NCBI GenBank assembly: GCA_043228905.1
Contig: JBHGNT010000009.1
Span: 10,478,001 to 10,542,000, forward strand
Source of the DNA: Azolla caroliniana
Taxonomy: Eukaryota > Plantae > Polypodiophyta
DNA: 64,000 nt
Reading direction: 5' to 3'
How positions within the stretch are numbered: position 1 is the first letter of the stretch; each line of letters begins with the position of its first letter. The notes below the pieces were generated by a model, which worked only from the letters and a program-made list of their open reading frames with translations, searched no databases and was not told the origin of the DNA. Made by a program: the position numbers and the translations under genes. This document shows positions 54,900 through 64,000 of the stretch, piece by piece.

Positions 54900-55585
54900 A
54901 GATGCATGCATGTTTTAGTCAGTAGCGAGTCCAAGAGGGGATGGTAAAAGACAACGATGTCTTAGAGGTGATAGTATTGATATGTCATATGCTTATGCAA
55001 TGCGATAAGATGATATTGAGAGGGAGGATAGTAATTGGGAACATTTAAAATGCATGACAAATATTCTAATGGAAGATTGTATAAGGGAGAATGTAAAAGT
55101 TATTGACAAGTTTGTTGATGATGACATGGCTAAGGTAGAAATAGACAATAAGGAGTTTTGGGGATCATTTGTTATTTTTTTGATAGAGGAGTCATATTGT
55201 TTTTCACAAGGAAGATACCTTTCCTTTGGAGGGTCAAACAATGGTTACATGGGATTTTACAAGTTGATCGTATTGAAGATGTTTATGTCAGTCCTCGTGG
55301 GTTTTATGAGGTTGTTTTAGTATCACAAGATCATAAAGAGAAATTGTTAGTTTTTTATAAGAAAAGTTCATATTCTTCTATGGAGGCCACTAATGGAATA
55401 CCGATGTATATTAGAGCAAGAGTGTCATGTATGGGTTGAGGTAGAGTGCACATACTCAATGGTCTGGCCAATATTACGATAAAGTGTCACGACCAAAGCT
55501 TTGTAGATGATGTCGATTTCAAAGAAAAGAAGACAATATTCTCTCCTTATTAATGGGAAAGTGGCTCCTTTTTTGGAAAAAAAAA
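54900..55585 (+). mobile_element. L1 ORF1 fragment directly followed by an L1 3' tail
   Basis: FFDRGVILFFTRKIPF..GFYEV..ECHVWVEVEC, homologous to ORF1 at 45976. Followed by TAATGGGAAAGTGGCTCCTTTTTTGG-A9 at 55551-55585. Left boundary approximate. Confidence 0.75.
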
Positions 55586-56313
55586 CAAGAAGAAAACAAT
55601 AGAACAAGAGCACAAGAATTTGCATTACCAGGAGTCCAAGATGACAAGGGTGCTAAAGACTAGCATTGAACCGGAATGGTTAGACACTAAGCAGATCTTC
55701 CACACATAGGATCACGTTGTTAAGGACAGAAGAATCGGAGCTACAAGGATGTGATTGATAAGCCGAAAAGTGCTATAAAGACACGATTGACAAGCTTGAC
55801 TAGTGTTATTCACCTTGAATTCATTCAAGGTGAACTCTAATATATATCTTACATTGCATGCATGCCTGTTGTATGCGTGTGATACACTAGAGCATGTATG
55901 TATGCATGCATGTGCCAAGTGTGAATAATACAATGGAGCAATTATGCTCATGATGCTAACTTAAAACTACAAGGAACAATTATGCATATGACTGTATATT
56001 GGACATGTTGGTTAACCCATAACACTCGATTATATCATGTTGAGAATCAAACTCAACTTGAACACACTTTAAGATACTCAAGTGTGTGAACACCCCACTT
56101 GTATAGTAACTAGTGTGTCATAGAAGTTAATGTTCCATGACACATATTCCTTAAGTAGTTAAGACACAATCTCTTTCCCAAGAGGCCCTACTAGTGAGAG
56201 AACTTAGAGAGAAGGTGACTACATAAGCACCTTCTCCCTCTTTGTGTAATTGTTGGTTGGTTATTCTTGCTTTCTTTGTAATACAGTTTTCTGATTTTTT
56301 GTAATCGCGAGTT

Positions 56314-56350
<37 letters not shown>

Positions 56351-57510
56351 CACACACACAATTCTTCCGCTGCACAGAATCCATCCGATTCTTTACATGG
56401 TATCAGAGCGCATGGTTGCTTGATCGAAGCCCATCGCCTCTGCGTGTGTTGTCCCGATTCCGCGTTCGGCAAGAACCGAATGATCGTTGTAGCAACAATC
56501 TGCACAGTTCACATGAAGAAGAAGAAGAAGAAGAAGAAGCTCGACATGAACACACAGATGGGAAGCACTCCTCCTACAGAAAAGCTCGACAGAAACAACT
56601 TTGCATCTTGGGAAAACTAGATGCACCAATACCTTGTCGGTCAAGGCTATTGGAGCTATGTCGATGGAGCAAACGAGAATCAACCCAACCCAACACATGC
56701 CGACTACCTAGCTTGGGAGCAAGAGGCGAGTCATTTGTTGTACTGCCTTGCATCATGCGTCCATGATCACATGCTCAGCTACATCCGAGAGGCCAAAACA
56801 CCGAAGGAGGCATGGGGGAACCTCAAGAAGATTTTCGCGACCAACACGACCGCAAGAAAGTTTCAACTCCGTCAAGAGTTGAACAGTATACAACAAAGGG
56901 GCATGTCAATAGGCAGGTACACCTTGAAGATCAAGGAGCTCTGCGATGCCCTCGGGTCGATCAATATTAACATTGACGACGATGAATTGGTGCAGATTTG
57001 CCTTGGAGTCTTAACACCTCGGTTCAGAGCCATTTGGTCGGCAATTCTCACGAGGGAGAATCCTCCCTCCTTCTTCGACCTCCAATCGATGTTGCTTGTC
57101 GAGGAGAATCATGTTCAAACAAGAAGCAATGCGCAAGAAGGACAAATGCTCTATTTGAACTTTGATGGAGGAAGAGGACAAGGTTGGGGAAGAAGATGTC
57201 AATTTGGTCAAGGCCAACACAACCAAGAGCAACCCTGAGAACATAACTTCTATTACCGACAAGACATGTCGAACGTGCGAGGTAGAGCGTCCGGAAGGAG
57301 GGGGAGCAATCATGCCGAACCTAGCAGACAAAACAATCCCACTCAGTGCGGATACTATGGTAAATTCAGTCACTATGAGGCAAAGTGTCGGAAAAAGAAG
57401 AGTGAGTCGGCCTCCACAAGCCGACAACTCACAAACTACGCCTCCTACTCCGATTACAACAATCGTGGCAGAATGTTTGTGATGAGGCACAGAGTGAACT
57501 CGATGGTAGC

Positions 57511-60500
57511 TGTCGAATACAAGTGTATAATGGACGTATTCACACTATCCCTTTGTATAGCTCAAGTTTGGGCCATTTGTGTAATTAGCATAAATGGTAG
57601 TTGCCCTAAGTCGGTCACTATATAAAGTGACCTAGTAACCTTTTTGTAAGGTTGGTTGTATTATTGTTTCTATTGAATAGAAAGAGTCTTTTGTGCCTCC
57701 TCTTTCTCTCTCTCTCTCTATCTCTGTGCACGATCTTGGAAACTGTCATACGCAGGTACTCAACCCCAATCGAATGCTACTTGATCTTCCGCATTGACGG
57801 CCTTGTCTACAACATCTGGTATCAGAGCGCGAGGTCCCTCAACCCGCTGTCGGCCGTCATCATAGCCTGCACAGTATTCGGCCTTTCGCTTCATCCTAGT
57901 CTGCAAAGCATTCGGTTTCTTGCGTCATTCGAAGAAACAGAGAAGAAAGTAGGCAAACACAAGCTTGAATCTCGCTGCGTTAGATCATCACTCGGAGTAA
58001 GCCAGTCGGCTGTACTCTACTTCCTTGATCGTAACTGCTTGAGGTGGGCTTCCTGCACAACGACGACTTCAAGGACAACCCCAGTTCGTGTTTCATTCGA
58101 TTGGACAATAATCGGAAGGACCAGTCGGTTCCATTGCTCTCACCGTTGCAGTCAACCGAAACCGAATTGGCTTGAAGTACTGTCGGATCGTTAAATCTAG
58201 GTTCAACTCGACTAAGACAGTTGTCGGTAGTCAATCCGAACCAAATCCCCGATTCTCCGTAATCAACATCACTTGTGTCCAACTTCGGCTAGAACGACAC
58301 TGAGTGGGCCAAACCGCTGCACTTCACCAAAGTTCGTAGCCGACTTAGGGCAGAGTCATGACATCAACATCCGGCTCGTCAGAAATGAGTCTACGAAAGT
58401 TCGATGGATCGAACTTCAACTTCTGGAAGGAGCAAATGCAGGACTATCTCATAGTCAAGGGGCAAATCGATCCCATCGAAAATGAAGCACCTCCAGAAGG
58501 ATACAAACCAATTGAGTGGCAGAAGCTGGACAGAATCGTCCGCGCCACGATTCGGATGCACCTATCGGAATCGGTATACTTTACGGTGCAATCGTGTACG
58601 ACAACATTCGAACTGTGGAAAACACTGTCGGACACCTACGAAAAGAAGGTCGCTGCAACGAAGATGTTTCTGATCCGGCGCCTCTACAACTTGCGGATGA
58701 AAGAATCAGATTCGGTTCAAGCACATCTCAATGAGTACGAAAACATAAGCTCCCAAATCTCATCTCAGGGGACGGCAATCGAGGATGAACTCAGAGCAAT
58801 GATACTCATGAGCAACCTTCCCTCATCATGGGAAACTTTCGTCACAACCGTGTGCAACGCGTCAACCACGGCTGTTAAATACTCCGCAGTCACGAGCGCA
58901 ATCCTGACCGAAGCAGCTTGGAGAAAGTCTTTCGCCAAAGACTCAACAGACGACGCTTATGTAGTACAAGGTTCGACAGAACGATCGAACATACGAGGAA
59001 GAGACTCCTCACGGCAGCCGAACAATCAGCGAAGACGGAGCCAGTCACGGGATAATCGAATCTGCAACTATTGCAAGAAACCCGGACACATCAAAGCCGA
59101 CTGCCGCGCACTCAAGAACAAGAACGACAAGTCTCAGAAATCAGACAAGAAGAGTGGCCGGCATGAGGAGATCAATTACGTCAGCTTCTCAGCTGATGTG
59201 CTACCAAACGACCCGAATATACTATCAATCGAAAATCCAGTCGGATCAGAAGTTCTGCTCACGACTGAAGAATCGAGCACATGGCTCTTAGATTCGGGCG
59301 CGTCATTTCACGTGACTCCTCATCGATCCCAATTTCGGCAATATACAATCCGTCACTCCGACTCAGTTCGAGTCGGCAACTCGCAACACTGTGACATCAT
59401 TGGAATCGGCACAGTAGAGCTCAACCTTGCAGGTGGCTCTACACTTGTACTTCACAATGTCTGACATGTACCCGAGCTCTCAAGGCCATTGATCTCAGTC
59501 GGACAACTAGATGAAGACGGCATTCGTGCCGGTTTTTCTTCGGGAGGGTGGACACTCCACAGGGGGAACCTCCTGCTTGCTAGAGGACCCAAGATACACT
59601 CACTGTATCCGTTACATGTTACGCTCAGAGAGGATAACCTGTTTTTGGTGGATATTCCTGTGTCATCACTATGGCACAGAAGATTAGGACACCTCAGCAA
59701 GGCCGGCATTACGCACCTATCTAGAGCCGGATACATCCCTAAACTCTCCTTCTCGGACCATCAATTCTGCGAACATTGCCAGTATGGCAAACAAGCAGCC
59801 GCATCACACCCGACATCAGCACCAAGAGAAACGAGACCTCTCGATTTAGTCCACTCGGATGTCTGTGGCCCAATGCCGCATCAGTCTCTCGGCGGTGCCT
59901 CTTACTTCGTCAGTTTTATTGACGATTCGACTCGAAAGGTGTGGGCTTATCCAATTCGCACCAAAGATCGTGTCTTCTCCGATTGGCTCGCTATGGTAGA
60001 AAATCAAACTGACCGAAAACTAAAATGCTTTCGGACCGACAATGGGGGAGAGTTCAAATCAGAAGAATTCGTCAAATTCTGCCGACAACGCGGCATCCGA
60101 CGTGAATTTACGGCACCACACAGTCCGGAGCAAAACGGGATTGCAGAACGCATGAATCGGACAATCCAAGAACGGATAGTTTCCATGCTCCAACACTCCG
60201 GACTGTCGGATGGCTTCTGGGCAGAGGCTCTACTCACGGCAGTACACATAATCAATATGTCGCCAAGCAGACCTCTAGGACTTCAAATTCCTCAGGAACT
60301 ATGGATCGGCAGTAAGCCGAATTACGACAAGCTGAGGATCTTCGGATGCGAGGCGTACGCCCTTATTCCGAAAGATGATCGCCGAAAACTTGCACCTCGG
60401 TCCAGGAAATGCATTTTCCTTGGATATGGATCAGACGGCGAAATGGGATACCGACTCTGGGACCCCGAACGCAGACAAATCGTTCGAAGTTCGGACGTTG

Positions 60501-62880
60501 TGTTCAACGAGTCGGCTATGATTCCATCAGTCGAAACACCAATCGAAGTCCGAAGGGTAACATTTTCCGATGTGCTGACCCTTCAAGAAGGCCCCGCTCT
60601 CAACACACGGTCAGCTTCACGGGTAGCTGAACCTTACACTACCGACTCGGACAACTCTGACTCGGCACAGCAGAATAATTCGCTTTCGGACCATCCGACC
60701 TCGATACCCGATACGACCAGTCCAATCATACCTCGACGATCCGAGAGACTGTCGCAACCTCTGGAGAGGTATTCTCTTGGAATTTTCTTCACCGACGCCG
60801 GCGAACCGACGTCTTACGAAGAAGCATCGACATCTGTCGATTCAGCCACCTGGCATCTGGCGATGGAGTCGGAAATGCACTCCATTCGGGCAAACAAGAC
60901 TTGGGATCTGGTCGACTTACCTAAGAATCGACATGCTCTTCCTTGCAAGTGGGTTTATCGACTAAAAGAGACGTCTGATTCGACCACCCCAAAGTACAAG
61001 GCCAGATTAGTTGCGAAGGGCTTCCGACAAGAATATGGCGTCGACTTCGACGAGATTTTTTCACCAGTGGTGAAAATGACAACCCTTCGTTTTCTACTCG
61101 GCGTAGTGGCAGCCGACAACTTGGAGCTGATTCAGCTAGATGTCAAAACAGCCTTCCTCCATGGTGATCTTGAAGAGGAAATTTATATGGAGCAGCCAAA
61201 AGGCTTCGTGGCAACTGGCCAAGAACATCTAGTCTGCCGACTCAGGAAGAGTCTATACGGCCTCAAACAGGCACCGCGACAATGGTACAAGAAGTTCGAC
61301 GACTTCATCCAATCGATCGGCTTCTCAAAAAGCGATGAGGACCATTGTCTTTTTACCAACACAGCTCAAGATGGATCACCCATCTTCCTCATCATTTACG
61401 TGGACGACATGCTAATTTCTGGACGCCACGCGGGCGAACTTGCCGATCTCATTCGGCAATTGCGGTTGAAGTTTGCCATGAAGGACCTCGGTCCGGCACG
61501 ACACATACTTGGCATGAAAATTAGTCGGCATCGCGATAAACAACATCTTTTTTTGTCTCAGACCGACTATATCGGACGTGTCTTGGAACGCTTCAACATG
61601 CAATCAGCCAAATCTGCTTCAACCCCGCTCCCCATGAATCTTCGGCTCTCTCAGCGAGACTGCCCGACATCCGGTCCGGAGGGGGAAGATATGAAGTCGG
61701 TACCGTATGCACCGGCAGTCGGCTCCCTTATGTACCTGATGGTCGCGACACGGCCTGATATTTCTCATGCCGTAGGAGTCGTTAGCAGATTTATGCACAA
61801 TCCTGGCCGATCGCATTGGAACGCAGTCAAGCATGTGTTCAAATATCTGGCTGGCACAAAAGACCACGGCATTCTTTTCGGTCCGAACTCAACCTCAGGC
61901 GTAGTCGGTTACACCGACTTGGACTTCGCCGGCTGTATAGACAGTCGGAAATCAACAACTGGATACTGCTTCAAATTCGGCAATGGAGCAATTTCGTGGA
62001 AGTCGAAACTTCAGGAGTGCACAGCGACCTCAACGACCGAAGCAGAATATGTAGCTGCGTCCGACGCTGCAAAAGAAGCTTTGTGGCTCGGCCGGCTGGC
62101 GCACACGTTTCGACAAGTCGACCATGACTCGGCCCCAGTTGTCTATAGCGACAGTCAAGGTGCTGTTGCCTTGTCGAAAAATCCGGTTCACCACAACGCC
62201 TCCAAACATATCGACGTTCGATATCACTTCGTTCGGGACTGCGTCATTTCAGGGAAAATCGGTCTAGAGAAAATATCCACAACCGACAATGTCGCAGATG
62301 GAATGACCAAGTGTCTTTCGGCAGACCGCTTTCGGTCCCTTCGGCATCAGATGGGCGTAACGACAAACCAGTCCGGTTAGAGCCGAACACAGCGCAGGAT
62401 GGTTTTCAGACAACCGACATCAGTTCCTTAATGATCGGCTTCAACTCTTCCGACCCGACCAGTCCGGCCTTCTGCCTTTGGACCCTGCCGACTCGAACAA
62501 AACTGATATGTCCGAGAACCTAGGTTTATACCTGTAATCCTAGATAACCCATGTATACGCCCATTACGGGGGAGTGTCGAATACAAGTGTATAATGGACG
62601 TATTCACACTATCCCTTTGTATAGCTCAAGTTTGGGCCATTTGTGTAATTAGCATAAATGGTAGTTGCCCTAAGTCGGTCACTATATAAAGTGACCTAGT
62701 AACCTTTTTGTAAGGTTGGTTGTATTATTGTTTCTATTGAATAGAAAGAGTCTTTTGTGCCTCCTCTCTCTCTCTCTCTCTCTCTATCTCTGTGCACGAT
62801 CTTGGAAACTGTCATACGCAGGTACTCAACCCCAATCGAATGCTACTTGATCTTCCGCATTGACGGCCTTGTCTACAACA
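57511..62880 (+). mobile_element. Young full-length Ty1/copia retrotransposon (copia-5), 5370 bp
   Basis: LTRs 57511-57814 and 62575-62880 (TGTCG..CAACA) differ only within the (CT)n tract. TSD GTAGC at 57506-57510 and 62881-62885. PBS 57817-57828; PPT GGGGGAG 62568-62574. Confidence 0.98.
58358..62380 (+). pseudogene. copia-5 Gag-Pol polyprotein, one frame with a single in-frame TGA at 59462-59464
   Basis: ORFs 58358-59464 and 59489-62380 are in the same frame. CNYCKKPGHIKADC, WLLDSGASFH, HSDVCGP, RTDNGGEF, YVDDML, SKHIDVRYHFVRD. Confidence 0.95.
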
Positions 62881-63641
62881 GTAGCCTCCAACCCGACCAA
62901 CACCTCCAAACTAGAAGATGTATGGTTCGTGAGCTCGGGTGCATCCAACCACATGACATCCCACGAGGATTGGTTCAAGGAGGACCCGGCTATGTGGAAA
63001 GTGGGGATGACACAATTCCCCCATTCAACATATCGACAATGTCCCATTTGGGGAAGAAGGCAACCAAACATACATCAAGAATGTTCTGCATGTTCCTACA
63101 ATAACAAAGAACTCGGTCTCAGTTTTCCAGATAGTTGAACAAGGCATGCAAGTTTGCTTCAACGATGTAGGTTGCTTCATTGAAAAAGAAGGCGGACTTA
63201 TCGCTTGCGGTCGGAGAGAAGGTCGAATGTTCATCCTCAACTCTCACAAGATGAACTCAGCAATGTATGCCAAGGGCCAAATAATTGACGCCGACATAGA
63301 GCTGTGGCACAAGAGGATAGGCCACATTAATCTCCAAAAGCTCAAGGGAATGCAGTCGAAAGGAGTTGTCATTGGAATCCCGACCTTCATCGAAAAGGAA
63401 ATTGCAGGCGTGTGAGAAGCTTGCCAATTCAGCAAACAACACCGAAAATTATTCCCAAAGGACAAGAACACAAGCAAAGGGATCCTAGATGTAATACATT
63501 TCGATGTGTGGGGATAAGCCTAGACGGCAACATTCGGTGGTTGCTGGTAGTACATAATGTTCATTGACGACTTCTCTAGACATACCTGGATCTACCTTAT
63601 GCGACAGAAGAGCGAAGTGTTCGGACACTTCCAAAAGCTCA

Positions 63642-64000
63642 TGTTACCGGCTGGCAAGAAGGCTTAAGGAGGTCCAAACCAGAGTGTGGAAAGGAATAGT
63701 TTATTCGGGAACTGTTGTAATTAAAATATAGATATTAATATATGAGAAGATGTGGACGGACGGACCGGAATCGGTATGCCGATCCGGATCCGGAACGATC
63801 CCGTAAAGGTGCCGGTTGGCACCGTTTTGTATTTTGCACCGGAGACCTATATAAAGGCCCGGTTATAATGTAATCAGAAGCGGATAATTAATAGAGCTTA
63901 TTGTCTTAATCTCCCAGTGTTGATTACCGTTCTGTATTCATTGTTATATATTACGCGTGTTAATTACGAATTGCTAAGTAACCAATTAAGGTCTAATTAA
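63642..64000 (+). mobile_element. Start of another LTR inserted in the copia-4 integrase (superfamily unknown, continues beyond window)
   Basis: Integrase sequence stops abruptly at FQKL. New sequence starts TGTTACC, with CCGG-rich palindromes and TATATAAA at about 63848. Confidence 0.65.

Larger units (their letters stand above)
56038..63641 (+). mobile_element. Ty1/copia host element (copia-4, related to copia-2), interrupted by two nested insertions
   Basis: 5' LTR 56038-56397 (TGTTGAGA...TTTACA), PBS TGGTATCAGAGC 56398-56409, gag EKLDRNNFASW/MHQYL. After the insert it resumes with WFVSSGASNHMT, LWHKRIGHIN and integrase HFDVWG. Confidence 0.92.

Noticed and set aside
57652-58282. ORFs across the copia-5 LTR and leader
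   Set aside because: No ATG or domain support; they overlap the LTR, PBS and microsatellite.
59462-59488. Programmed gag-pol stop readthrough in copia-5
   Set aside because: The stop lies inside the protease region, copia elements normally have one ORF, and the relative copia-3 has CGA at this position.

Overview
Land-plant nuclear DNA, probably a fern or other seed-free plant (inferred from the transposon repertoire, not proven). About 70% of the window is transposon-derived. Two host genes face each other tail-to-tail in the middle. One is an intronless R2R3-MYB of the MYB44/subgroup-22 type (32893-34416, +). The other is an 8-exon BET/GTE1-like bromodomain-ET gene (45474-36877, -, 382 aa) that the ORF track mostly misses and that I reconstructed from splice sites. 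The flanks hold nested Ty1/copia elements, including a very young full-length copy with near-identical LTRs, a GTAGC TSD and a single CGA>TGA stop. There are also several L1/Tx1-like LINEs and RTEX-like LINEs. The most notable signals are: (i) an RTEX-like LINE family that appears to target (GA)n/(TC)n microsatellites, part of a stack of LINEs on a GA tract next to the GTE promoter; (ii) a TAATG(GGAAAGT)...T-run...poly(A) 3'-terminal motif shared by six L1-type ends; (iii) rearranged copies of the GTE stop-codon region inside the gene's own last intron. No rRNA, tRNA or CRISPR features were seen. All family assignments come from motif recognition by eye, without database searches.
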